A stretch of DNA of 63,081 nucleotides, the filler included, from Phoronis australis (taxonomy: Eukaryota > Animalia > Phoronida): assembly GCA_002633005.1 (NCBI GenBank). It is 8 parts of 8 records of this genome, joined end to end, with 100 filler letters (N's around TTAATTAATTAA, not from the genome) between each part and the next. Parts side by side here need not be neighbours in the genome. Positions count along the whole stretch, not along the records: positions 1 to 30,301 come from NMRA01000229.1; 7 more parts are not named here. One strand, written 5' to 3'. Position 1 is the first letter of the stretch; every line of letters starts with the position of its first letter. Position numbers and translations under genes: made by a program. Shown in pieces: positions 15,082-27,789 of the stretch. Under the pieces are notes generated by a model. The model did not search any database. It worked only from the letters and a program-made list of their open reading frames with translations, and had not been told where the DNA came from.

Positions 15082-16556
15082 CCGTATTCGCCGTAATAAC
15101 CACTCATGCCCCTATAAGCGCCCCACACGCGTTTTCAGACTTTCCTAATATAAGCGTCCAGTCCATGAACGTTTATGTGCGGAAAATGCCTTACCTGCAG
15201 TCCTGAAATTCTACAGTAACATCTTCAATTTATGAATAATATCCGACAGTCCTGAAAAAAATCTTTGTGCGTAGAATTTATAGACCAAGAGCCTTGCCGT
15301 TAAGTCAGTATTTAGCCGTGACTATACACTTCAAACTTCCGCCATGACTCGAAACGAAAACAAAAGTTCTGCTGATATTGGGAGGACCAATGGTGTGGAT
15401 TTTCAGAACAGAAGTGTACTTCTCTACGGGATTGCTTTGTAGATATTTCCCGCTTTCAACAGAAATCCAAGTTTCTTTGTAGGCCTACACGTGAAAACCG
15501 CGAATCGAAGACTAATAAACAGGAAGCGCGCGCTACATACATGAATCTGTTATCAAAGGCATTAGTCGGGAACTAACCATTCATGAAACGGGAAGTGTAG
15601 CATCAGCAAGAAACGAATGTTGAATCTAATTTCCGACACTTTCTAATACTATAAAAGTTTTTTGCGTTATTTTTAAAACAAATTGTTTGATTAACCATAA
15701 TTGGTGTTTTTATCCGATAAAATAATCACTGACAGTGAATGCTTACACGCCCTTACTCCGAAAAATAACTGTCAGATAGTCACATACGCATCCAGCCTCA
15801 CGACGACTAATATGGCCTTACCGAGACAAATGTCGAATGTTTTTCGCACATGAGACCGGCAAGTGCTGAATGAAACATGCTCTGGTTTAGGCCTACTGCT
15901 TGTGCAAATTTCTGTAGATACAATGCACAACTAATTCGTTAGATTGCGTGGCTCTGGCCAAAAGACGGTCTCTGCTCTGGCAAATGAACTCTGGTGACAC
16001 ACACGCGCTCCCTTACTCACAAACGCAGACAACTTCAAAACAAACGTCACATGAAAACAACGTGTGTTGGTCCAGACATTTTCTCATGTTGCCTATCATA
16101 CATGTAGATGGCACGATATCAGCACAGATTTGTTCTTAAACCTGCCGTGATCCCGACTCCACGGGAACGTAAAAATCTTGGGGACTCCAAACTTGGAAAA
16201 CTTAAGGAGAATTTCAGGTAATTTGCTTGAGTCGAAACTGTATTTTTATTCAAGCATTCAAGTTGCCATATCGACAATTGCGAGGTGTGCAGTCAGCGAG
16301 TTTTCGCCCTGGGATTTCAGCACAATTTTCTGTAAAATGATTGTAATTTAGCAGCAAAGTTTGATAGCAATGCTCCACGGTTTTGTAGAAAGTCTTTCAT
16401 AGATTAAAGATATGTCACAGAGCGTAAATATAATGAATTTTAGCTTACGATTTCACCCGTTTCGGAGACCGGTTTTCAACGGCCTTGGGTTATAATAAGC
16501 GCCCCCCTGAAACGAACTTTTCTAAGCGCCATGGGCGGTTATTGCAGCAAATATGG
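15082..16556 (-). mobile_element. pogo/Tc1-mariner-like MITE, copy 2, inverted relative to copy 1
   Basis: TA-CCGTATTCGCCGTAATAAC...GTTATTGCAGCAAATATGG-TA. The interior is the reverse complement of copy 1 (for example 15847-15902 versus 11560-11616). Confidence 0.75.
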
Positions 16557-19500
16557 TATATCTCCTAAATCATTTGCAGGATCTCTACTAAATTTAGCGA
16601 GTATATTCATATGATGTCGACAACAGACGACCACGACTTCGATAGATCTGTCAGTGTTCCCCCTAGTGACAATTTTAATTTTTTATATTTACCTCTGTGT
16701 CATCAAAGGTTCTGAACAGATTTTCATAAAATTGGAATGTAGGCATCTATTAGTGAGATGACGCTATCATCCTGTTTTTGGATGGAATCGAGGTATTTTG
16801 AGCCTCTTAGTGGTCATTTTGCTGTTTTGAGTCCACCCTCTATCTAAGGATGAATTTGAAAATTGACGTATATGCTCTTACTATGAAGAAGACTTTTCAT
16901 GATGATTTTTCAACGACTTCTGTTGTACCCCCTGGTGGCAGGTTCGTTTTTTTACGCTCATGGCTATATCTCCTAAACCACTTGCAGGATTTTCACTAAA
17001 TTTAGCAAGTGCATTGTTATGAAGTTGACAACATACGACAGCTTTTGGACGGATCTGACCCTAGTGACCCTAGTATCAACTTTAGTTTTTTACATTCATT
17101 ATCTTCAAAAGCCCTCAACGGATTTTCATAACATTTGAAATATAGGCCTCCATCGGTGAGATGATGCTGTCTTCTTATTTTCGGATGGATGAGATATATT
17201 GCCCCACCTAGTGGCCATTTTTGCTCTCTGTCTCTCTATCAACCAAATTATTCTAATTGATTTTGACATTTGGGTTGTTAGTGTCAATAGAACGGTTGAC
17301 GATGACAACTTTGACTACTAAGGCGCCTCCTATTGTCAATCGTAGTTTTTTACGTTTACCTTTGTATCTTCATCGGTGCTCAACCGATTTTCATAAAACT
17401 TGGCAGATAGGCATGTCTTATTGAGATGATGCTATCCTCCCCTTTTAGGATGGGTTCAAGGCATTTTGCACCACCTAATGGCCATTTTTATGCGCCCACA
17501 TATTTATATGTGGTTGCATATTGTCGTCATCTCTGTCTGGGCGTCGGGTGTCCGCTGCTGTACCTCCTAAACCTGTGGCAGGATCTTGATGAGATTTGGA
17601 AGATGTGATCTTATTAAACTGGCGACAGACAACGACAAATTTTGTACCTCTCAAACTATGGTTGTGTCCCGTTGTGGCAATTTTTATGCGCCCACATATT
17701 TATATGTGGATGCATTATGCCATCATGTCTGTCCGTCCAGCGTCCGCTGCTCTATCTCCAAAACGCGTCGCTGTATGTTCATGAAATTTTGCACATGTGT
17801 TCCTTACATAATTGGGGCAACATGAGCGAACTTTCGGACGGATCCGACTACGGGTGTGCCCCCAAGTGTCAATTTTAATTTTTTACGTTTACCTCTGTTT
17901 ACCTCAAAAGTCCTGAAGGGATGTTTGTAAAGTTCGGTATATAGGCACCTATTAGTGAGATGACGCTGTCCTGCCGTTTTCGGATGGATTCAGCATAGTT
18001 TGCGCCACCTAGAGGCCATTTTAATGTGCCCACATATTGATATGTGGACGCATTATCCGTCATCTCCGTCTGGCCAGCCGGCAATCCGTCCGGCCGTTTG
18101 TCCGGCGTCCACTGCTCTATCTCTAAAAAGCCTTGACGTATCTTCATGAAATTTGGCACGTGTGTTCTGTTCATAAATGGGACGGCATGAGTATACTTTT
18201 GGATGGATCTGACTACCGGTGTGCCCCCTAGTGGCAATTTTTGTTTTTTACGTTCACCTCTGTATCTTCAAAACTCCTGATCGGATTTTCATAAAATTTG
18301 GTATATAGGCACCTATTAGTGAGGTGATGCTGTCCTACCATTTTTGGATTTAATGTAGTTTGTGCCACCTAGTGGCCATTTTTACTACTTTATTGTCTGT
18401 TTTTTGCACCTACCCATCTATCAACCAAACCACTCAAAGGATGACTTTGAAAATTGGCACGTATGTTCTAACTATGAAATGGATTGCTGAGAATGATTTT
18501 CCGACTATATTGACTACTGTGGCGCCTCCTAGTGGTGGTTTTGTTTTTTTTACCGCCTATGGCTGTATCTTTAAAACCATTCAAAGGATTTTTACTAAAT
18601 TTAGCAAGTGTATTTACATGATGTTGACAACGGATGGCAAGGACTTTCAAACAGATCTAACTTTTGGTGTGCCTCCTGGTGACAATTTCATCTTTTTATG
18701 TTTACCTCTGTATGTTCAAAGTTCCTCAACGTATTTTCATAAAATTTGGCATACAGGCATCTGCTAATGAGGCGACGCTATCTCTCTGTTTTCAGATGAA
18801 TTCGACCTAGTTTGTGCCACTTAGTGGCCACTTTTATTGTTTTCAAGTATGTTTTTTGGCGTTTACTCGTCTATCAACCAAACCGCTTTCAGGATAATTG
18901 TGAAAATTAGCATGTATGTTTCTACTATGAAGTGGATGGCTGACGATGATTTTACGAGTTCGACTACTCTGGCACCCCCTAGTGGCAGTTTTTTTTTTTG
19001 CGCTCATCGCTGTGTCTCCTAAACCATATGCAGGATCTTGACTTAATTTAGTAAGTGTATTCATATGATGTTGACAACGGACGACGACGAGTTTCAAAGA
19101 GATCTAACTTTTCGAGTGCCCCCTAGTGGAAATTTTAGTTTTTATGTTCACCTGTCTGTATCTTCAAAGGTCCTCAACAGATTTTCATAGAATTTTGAAT
19201 ATAGGCATCTGTTGGTGAGATGATGCTATCATCCTGTTTTTGGATGGAATCGAGGTATTTTGCACCACCTGGTGGCCAGTTTTGCTGTTTTCATATCTTG
19301 TTTTTGGTGTCCACCCCTCGATCAACCAAATCATTCTGTGTATGGTTTTGCAAATTGGCCTATATATTTTCAGTGTCAAGAGGGCGTTTGATGATGGCAA
19401 CTGACTACTGTAGCGCCGCCTAGTGGTAGTTTTGTTTCATTTTTCGCCCATAACTGTATCTCCAAAACCCACTGCAGGATCATTATTAAATTTAGTAAGT

Positions 19501-22500
19501 GAATTTATGTGAAGATAACAGACGATAACTGTCAGGCAGATCAAACGGACGCTTTGCTCACAATAGGCAATTTCATTTTGTTCTGTTTTCCTTCGTTTCT
19601 CTGAAGTTCCTTGACAGATTTTATGAAATATGGCATGATCCCGTTTTTGGATGGAGTGTACGTTTTTGTGCCATCTAGTGGCCATTTTTATGATACAAAT
19701 AAATAAGCCTAAAAGCACACCCTTTGCGATGCATTCATGGGTGCTATTGTAGTTTTTTACGCTCACCTCTGTATGTTCAGAGGTCCTCAACGTATTTTCA
19801 CAAAATTTGGTATATGGGCATCTATTTGTGAGACAACGATAGCCTTTCATTCGTTTTCGGATGGATTCAACGTAGTTTGCGCCACCTAGTGGCCATTTTT
19901 ACTGTTTTCGAGTCTGTATTTTAGCGTCTACCCCTCCATCAACCAAACCGCTCTAAGTATGAAAATTGGCATGAATGTTCTTACTATGAAGAGGACACTT
20001 GACGATGATTTTCCGATGACTTTGATTCCTGTGGTGCATCCTATTGACAGTTTTTTTGCGCCTATGGCTATATCTACTAAACTGTTTACAGGATAAATGT
20101 CCGACGCATTATGCGTCATCTCCGTCTGGCGTCCACTGCTCTATATTCAAAACGCCTTGACGTATGTTCATGAAATTTTGCACATGTTTCCCTTTCATGG
20201 ATGGGATGGCTTGAGAGAACTTTCGGACGGATCTGACTACGGGTGTGCCCCCTAGTGGAAGTTTAGTCTTCTACGTTTACCTCTGTATCTTCAAAAGTAC
20301 TGAACAGATTTTATTAAAATTTGGTATATAGGCACCTATTAGTGATCTGACGCTGTCCTGCCGTTTTCGGATGGACTCCTTGTAGCTTGCGCCACCTAGT
20401 AGCCATTTTTATGCGCCCACATATTGATAAAAGGATGCATTATGCCGTCATCTCCGTTCGTTCCGGCCTTCCGTTCGGCCATCCGTCCGTCAGGCATCTG
20501 CTGCTCTTTCTCTAAAACGCCTTGACATATCTTCATGAAATTTTGTACATGTGTTCCTACCGTAAATGGGACGGCATGAGCGAACTTTCGAACGGATCCG
20601 ACTACTGATGTATCCCTTCAAAAGTGGCAATTTTATTTTTTTTACGTTTACCTCTGTATCTTCAAAAGTCCTGATCGGATTTTCATAAAATTTGGAATAT
20701 TGGCACCTATTAGTGAGCTGACACTCTCTTCCCATTTTCAGATGGATTCGACATAGTTTGCACCACCTATTAGCCATTTTTCCTGTTTCGGAGTCTGTTT
20801 TTTGCATCCTCCTCTATCAACCAAACCACTCGAAGGATGATTGTGAAAATTGGCACGTATATTCTGACTGTAAAGTGGACGGCTGACAATGATTTTCCGA
20901 CTATTTTGACTACTGTGGCGCCTATGGCTGTATCTTCTAAACCGTTCAGAAGATCTTTACTAAATTTAGTAAGTGTATTTACATGGTGTGGACAACGGAT
21001 GGCAATCACTTTCAAACAGATCTAACTTTTGGTGTGCCACCTAGTGGTAATTTCATCTTTTTACGTTTACCTCTGTATGTTTAAAGGTCCTCAACATATT
21101 TTCATGAAATTTGGCATACAGGCATCTGCTGATGAGGTGACTCTCTGTTTTCAGACGGATTGGACCTAGTTTGCGCTCCCTAATGGCCACTTTTGTTGTT
21201 TTCAAGTATGTTTTTCGGCATTTACTCGTCTATCAACCAAACCTCTTTCAGGATAATTGTGAAAAGTGGCATGCATGTTTCTACTATGAAGTGGATGGCT
21301 GACGATTATTTTACGAGTTCGACTACTGTGGCGCCTCCTAGTGGCAGTTTTGTTTTTTGCGCTCATCGCTATATCTCCTAAACTGTATGCAGGATCTTGA
21401 CTTAATTGAGCAAGTGTATTTATATGATGCTGGCAACAGACGACGACGACTTTCAAACAGATCTAACTTTTGGTGTGCCCCCTAGTGGCAATTTAATTTT
21501 TTTACGTTTAACTCATTATCTTCAAAGGTCCTCAACAGATTTTCATAAAATTTTGAATATAGGCATCTATTGGTTGACGCTATCATCCTGGTTTTGGATG
21601 GAATCGAAGTATTTTGCGCCACCTGGTGACCATTTTTGCTGTTTTCAAATCTTGTTTTTGTCATCCACCCCTCGATCAACCAAATCATTCTGGGGATGGT
21701 TTTGAAAATTTGCCTACATGTTTTCAGTGATGATGGCGACCGACTCCTGTGGCACCTCCTAGTGGTAGTTTTGTTTTGTTTTTCGCTCATAACTGTATCT
21801 CCAAAACCCACTGTAGGATCATTATTAAATTTAGTAAGTGAATTTATGTGAAGATAACAGACGATGACTGTCAGGCAGATCAAACGGATGCTGTGCCCAC
21901 AAGTGGCAATTTCATTTTGTTCTGTTTTCCTTCGTTTCTCTGAAGTTCCTTGACTGATTTTACAAAATATGGCATGATCCCGTTTTCGGATGGAATGTAC
22001 GTTTTTGTGATACAAATAAATAACCCTAAAAGCACACCATTTGCGATGCATTCGTTTGCGGCGCATTTCAACGCTCTGCGTTGCTCTTATATTTCTTACG
22101 CTCACCTCTATCTTCGTAGGTCCTCAACATATTTTCACAAAAGTTGGTATACCCGCATCTATTAGTGAGACGACGATAGCCTCTCGTTTTCGGGTGTATT
22201 CAACATAGTTTGCGCCACCTAGTGGCCATTTTTACTGTTTTCAATTCTGTTTCTTTGTGTCTATCCCTCCATCAATCAAACTGGTCTAAGCATGAAAATT
22301 GGCATGTATGTTCTTACTATGAATAGGACAATTGATAATGATTTTCCGACGACTTTGGTTCCTGTGGCGCCTCATATTGGCAGTTTTGTTTTTTTTGCGC
22401 CTATGGCTATATCTCCTAAACCGTTTGCAGGATAAATGTGGGCGTATTAAGCCGTCATCTCCCTCCGTCCGTCTGGCCGGCGTCCACTGCTCTATCTCCA

Positions 22501-22619
22501 AAACCCCTTGCTGTGTTCATGAAATTTTGCACATGTGCCCCTTTCATGGATTGGACGGCATGAGCGAACTTTCAGATGGATATGACTAAGGGTGTGTCCC
22601 CTAGTGGCAATTTTAGTTT

Positions 22620-23683
22620 TTATGCGCCCACATATTTATATGTGGACGCATTATGCCATCATCTCTGTCCGTCCGGGCGGCGTCCGGCGTCCGCTGCGCT
22701 ATCTCCAAAACCCTTTGACATACATTCATGAAATTTGAAACATATATTCCATTCATGAACGGGACGGCATGTGCGAACTTTCAGACGGATCCGACTACCG
22801 GTGTGGCCCCTAGTGGCAATTTTAGTTTTTTACGCTTACCTTTGTATCTTAAAAAGTCCTGAACGGATTTTCATGAAATTTGGTATGTAGGCACGTATTA
22901 GTGAGATGACGCTATCTTGCCGTTTTCAAATGGATTCGACATAGTTTGCGTCACCTAGTGGCCATTTTTAGTGTTTTCGAGTCTGTTTTTGTTTGACCAT
23001 CCCTCTATCAACCAAACCGCTCAAAGGATGATTGTGAAAATTGGCATGTATATGCTTACTATTTAGAGGACGGTTGACGATGATTTTCCGACGATTTCGA
23101 CTACTGTGGCGCCTCCTAGTGGCAGTTTTTTTTTGCGCCTATGGCTGTATCTCCTAAACCGTTCGCAGGATCTTTACTAAATTTAGCAAGTGTATTTATG
23201 TGATGTTGACAACGGACGATGACGACTTTAGGATGATTCTGAGGACTGGTATGCCTCTAGTGGCAATTTTAGTATTTGCCTCTAGTGGCAATTTTAGTAT
23301 TTTACATTGACCTCTGTATTTTCATAGGTCTTCAGGTGTATACTTTGTGTTACTTCGTGACTATGAAGGAAAAGTTCCAAGTAGAAATTTGTTTCTGGCA
23401 TTCTATTGCTGTGCTAATCTCGTATGTTGGTAAATTTGTTTTTAAATCTATGTTTCTGTGGTGCTTTAAGCAACTGGTGTATAGGATGTGCTTGTATCAT
23501 GAAGATTACTCACATTTTGCCCCTAGCCTATTGAGGAGACAATGACCATGCCTTTCCATTTTGCAAAGTACAACATACTACATATATGCCCTCTACTGGC
23601 CACTTCATGGTACCAATAAACAACCCTAGAAGGATACCGTATGCGGTGTAATTGTGGGCGCATTTCAACGCTCTGCGTTGCTC
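22620..23683 (+). mobile_element. Second complete HINE copy, one 450-bp unit shorter
   Basis: Same head at 22620 and same tail (TGTGGGCGCAT 23653-23663, hairpin 23666-23680). Shares the non-repeat segment ~23320-23650 with 27422-27735. Confidence 0.7.
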
Positions 23684-26264
23684 TATCTCCAAAACGCCTT
23701 GCCGTGTTCATGAAATTTTGCACATGTGCCCCTTTCATTGATTGGACGGCATGAGCGAACTTTCAGATGGATACGACTAAGGGTGTGCCCCCTAGTAGCA
23801 ATTTTAGTTTTTTACGTTTAACTCTATCTTCAAAAGTCGTGAACGGATTTTTGTAAAATTGTGTACATGGGCACCTATTAGTGAGATGACGCTACCCTGC
23901 CATTTTCGGGTGGATTCAGCTTAGTTTGTGCCACCTAGTGGCCATTTTTCCCGTTTTGGAGTTTGTTTTTACATCCACCCCTCTATCAACCAAACCACTC
24001 GAAGGATGATTGTGAAAATTGGCACATCTGTTCTGACTATGAAGTGGACGGCTTACAACGATTTTCTGACTATTTTGACTACTGTGGCACCTCCTAATGG
24101 CGTTTTTTTTATGTTTACCTCAAAGGTTCTCAACGTATTTTTATAAAATTTGGCATACAGGCATTTGTTAATGAGGCGTCGCTATCTCTCTGTTTTGAGA
24201 TGGTTTCGACCTAGTTTGTGCTACGTAGTGGCCACTTTTACTGTTTTAGAGTATGTTTTTTGGCGTTCACTCGTCTATCAACCAAACCGCTTGCAGGATA
24301 ATTGTGAAAATTGGCATTTGTGTTACTACTATGAGGTGGATGACTGACGATGATTTTCCGACGAGTTCAACTAATGTGGTGCCTCCTATTGGCAGTTTTA
24401 TTTTGCGCTCATGGCTATATCTCCTTAAGCATTTGCAGGATAAATGTGGACGCATTATGCGGTCATCTCCGTCCGTCTGTCTGTCCGTCCGACGTCCGGC
24501 ATTAGCTGCTCTAAAACGCCTTGACATATCTTCACTCTGTGTCTTCAAAGCTTCTTCTTAAGAGATTTATAAAATTTGGAATATCGATGATAGCGTCCCG
24601 TTTTTGGATGGAATCAAGGTATTTTGTGCCACTTAGTGTCCATTTTGCTGTTTTTGAGTTCACCTTCTATCAACCAAAGTATTCTTAGGATGATTTTGAA
24701 AATTGGCGTATATGCTCTTACTATGAAGAGGACGGTTCATGATGATTTTTCAATGACTAACTTCTGTTGTGCCCTCTAGTGGCAATTACGTTTTGTTTGT
24801 GGTCATGCCTACCGGTATATCTCCTGAGTCATTTGCAGGATCTCTACTAAATTTAGCGAGTATATTCATATGATGTTGACAACACGACTTCGATAGATCT
24901 GTCTATTGGTGTGCCCCCTACTGGCAATTTTAATTTTTTATATTTACCTCTGTGTCATCAAAGTTTTGAACAGATTTTCATAAAATTTGGAATATAAGCA
25001 TCTATTAGTGAGATGACCCTATCATCCCGTTTTCGGATGGAATCGAGGTATTTTGCGCCACCTTAGTGGTCATTGACGTATATACTGTTTTAGGCTTTTC
25101 ATGATGATTTTTCAACGACTTGGACTTCTGTTGTACCCCCTGGTGGCAGGTTCGTTTTTTACACTCATGGTTATATCTCCTAATCCACTTGCAGGATCTT
25201 CACTAAATTTAGCAAGTGCATTGTTATTAAGTTGACAACATACGACTGTTACAACTTTTGGACGATCTGACTACTGGTGTGACCCTAGTATCAACTTTAG
25301 TTTTTTACATTCATTATATTCAAAGGCCCTCAAGCGATTTTCATAACATTTGAAATATAGGCCTCCATCGGTGAGATGATGCTGTCTTCTTATTTTCGGA
25401 TGGATGAGATATGTTGCCCCACCTAGTGGCCATTTTTGCTCTCTGCCTCTCTATCAACCAAACTATTCTAATTGATTTTGAAAATTGGATTTAGGTTGTT
25501 AGTGTCAATAGGACGGTTGACGATGACAACTTTGACTACTATTGTCAAACAGTTTTTTTTCAAAGGTGCTCAACCGATTTTCATAAAACTTCATTGATAG
25601 GCATGTATTATTGAGATGATGCTATCCTCCCGTTTTAGGATGGGTTCGAGGTATTTTGCATCACCTAGTGGTCATTTTTATGCACCCACACATTTATATG
25701 TGGTTGCATATTGTCGTCATCTCTGTCCGGGCGTCCTGTGCCCGCAGCTGTACCTCCTAAACCTCTGGCACAATCTTGAAGAGATTTGGCAGATGTGTTC
25801 CTATTAAGCTGACGACAGATAACGACAAGTTTTGTACATCTCAGACTACGGGTGTGTCCACTTGTGGCAATTTTAATGCGCCCACATATTTATATACAGG
25901 CATCTGCAAATGAGGCGACGCTATCTTCGACCTAGCTTGTGTCACCTAGTGGCCACTTTACTGTTTTCAAGTATGTTTTTTGGCGTGTACTCGTCTTTCA
26001 ACCAAACCACTTTCAGGATAATTGTAAAAATTGGCATGTATGTTTCTTCTATGAAGTGGATGGCTGACGATGACTTTACGAGTTTGACTACTCTGGCGCC
26101 TCCTAGTGGCAGTTTTGTTTTTTGCGCTCATCGCTGTGTCTCCTAAACCATATGCTGGATCTTTACTTAATTTAGTAAGGCTGTATTTATATGATGTTGA
26201 CAACGGACGACGACGAGTTTCAAAGAGATCTAACTTTTGGTGTGCCCCCTAGTGGCAATTTTAA

Positions 26265-27774
26265 TTATGCGCCCACATATTTATATGTGGACGCATTATG
26301 CTGTCATCTCTGTCCGTCCGTCCGTCCGTCCGGCGGCGTCCGCTGCTCTATCTCCAAAACCCTTTGACATACGTTCATGAAATTTGGCACATATGTTTCA
26401 TTCATGAATGGGACAGCATGTGCGAACTTTCGGACGGATCCGACTACCGGTGTGCCCCCTAGTGGCAATTTTAGTTTTTTACGCTTACCTTTGTATCTTC
26501 AAAAGTCCTGAACGGATTTTCATGAAATTTGGTATATAGGCACCTATTAGTGAGATGACGCTATCCTTCCATTTTCAGATGGATTCAACATAGTTTGCGC
26601 CACCTAGTGGCCATTTTTAGTGTTTTCGAGTCTGTTTTTGTGCGTCCACCCCTCTATCAACCAAACAGCTCAAAGGATGATTGTGAAAATTGGCATGTAT
26701 ATGCTTACTGTGTAGAGGACGGTTGACGATGATTTTCCGACGATTTCGACTACTGTGGCGCCTCCTAGTGGCAGTTTTGTTTTTTTGCGCCTATGGCTGT
26801 ATCTCCTAAACCGTTCGCAGGATCTTTACAAATTGTGTAAGTATATTTATATGATGTTAACAACGGAAGATGACGACTTTTGGTCGGATCCGACTACCGG
26901 TGTGCCCCCTAGTGGCAATTTTAGTTTTTTACGCTTACCTTTGTATCTTCAAAAGTATTGAACGGATTTTCATGAAATTTGGTATGTAGGCACCTATTAG
27001 TGAGATGACGCTATCCTACCGTTTTCAGATGGATTCGACGTAGTTTGCGCCACCTAGTGGCCATTTTTACTGTTTTCGAGTCTGTATTTTTGCGTCCACC
27101 CCTCTATCAACCAAACCGCTCAAAGGATGATTGTGAAAATTGGCGTGTATGTGCTTACTATAAGGAAGACAGCTGACAATGATTTTCAGACGATTTGGAC
27201 TACTGTGGCGCCTCCTAGTGGCAGTTTTGTTTTTTTGCGCCCATGGCTGTATCTCCCAAACCGTTTGCAGGATCTTTACTAAATTTAGCAAGTGTATTTA
27301 TGTGATGTTGACAACGGACGATGACGACTTTAGGATGATTCTGATTACCGGTATGCCTCTAGTGGCAATTTTAGTATTTGCCTCTAGTGGCAATTTTAGT
27401 ATTTTACATTGACCTCTGTATTTTCATAGGTCTTCAGGTGTATACTTTGTGTTACTTCGTGACTGTGAAGGAAAAGTTCCAAGTAGAAATTTGTTTCTGG
27501 CATTCTAATGCTGTGCTAATCTCGTATGTTGGTAAATTTGTTTTTAATTCTATGTTTCTGTGGTGCTTTAAGCAACTGGTGTATAGGATGTGCTTGTATT
27601 ATGAAGATTACTCACATTTTGCCCCTAGCCTATTGAGGAGACAATGACCATGCCTTTCCATTTTGCAAAGTATGCCCTCTACTGGCCACTTTATGGTACC
27701 AATAAACAACCCTAGAAGGATACCGTATGCGGTGCAATTGTGGGCGCATTTCAATGCTCTGCGTTGCTCTTGTT
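26265..27774 (+). mobile_element. Single complete, low-divergence HINE copy (~1.5 kb)
   Basis: Head subTIR at 26265-26277, inverted repeat at 26286-26296, then (GTCC)n. The internal repeats have an exact 450-bp period. 3' subTIR at 27739-27749, hairpin at 27752-27766, end CTCTTGTT. The host repeat sequence (CTGTTTTCCTTCG) resumes afterwards. Confidence 0.75.
26451..27370 (-). promoter_or_regulatory. Representative run of CTCF-like motifs (a similar motif recurs about every 150 bp through the whole 1-27.8 kb repeat)
   Basis: Minus-strand 19-mers TTGCCACTAGGGGGCACAC, TGGCCACTAGGTGGCGCAA and CTGCCACTAGGAGGCGCCA versus the CTCF core consensus TGGCCACCAGGGGGCGCTA. The central CTAG lies at 26459, 26604, 26765, 26909, 27054, 27215 and 27359. 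Binding is not demonstrated. Confidence 0.65.
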
Positions 27775-27789
27775 CTGTTTTCCTTCGTT

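Larger units (their letters stand above)
1..27774 (+). mobile_element. Nested cluster of non-autonomous Helentron (HINE/DINE-1-like) elements with internal ~150-bp tandem repeats
   Basis: Recurring 5' heads TTATGCGCCCACA-TATTTATA-TGTGGACGCAT (subTIR plus hairpin), most followed by a (GTCC)n microsatellite, at ~2590, 3687, 7341, 17488, 17684, 18021, 20409, 22620, 25678, 25873 and 26265. Recurring 3' tails TGTGGGCGCAT + CAACGC-TCT-GCGTTG hairpin + CTCTTGTT at ~13552, 14449, 22060, 23653 and 27739. Heads sit in T-runs. This matches the established HINE/DINE-1 architecture. No Rep/helicase ORF is present. Confidence 0.8.

Noticed and set aside
219-27647. The many short ORFs with shared peptides (for example MIVKIGMY, APPSGSF) as a protein family
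   Set aside because: They are chance translations of the repeat in inconsistent frames, with frequent stops and indels.
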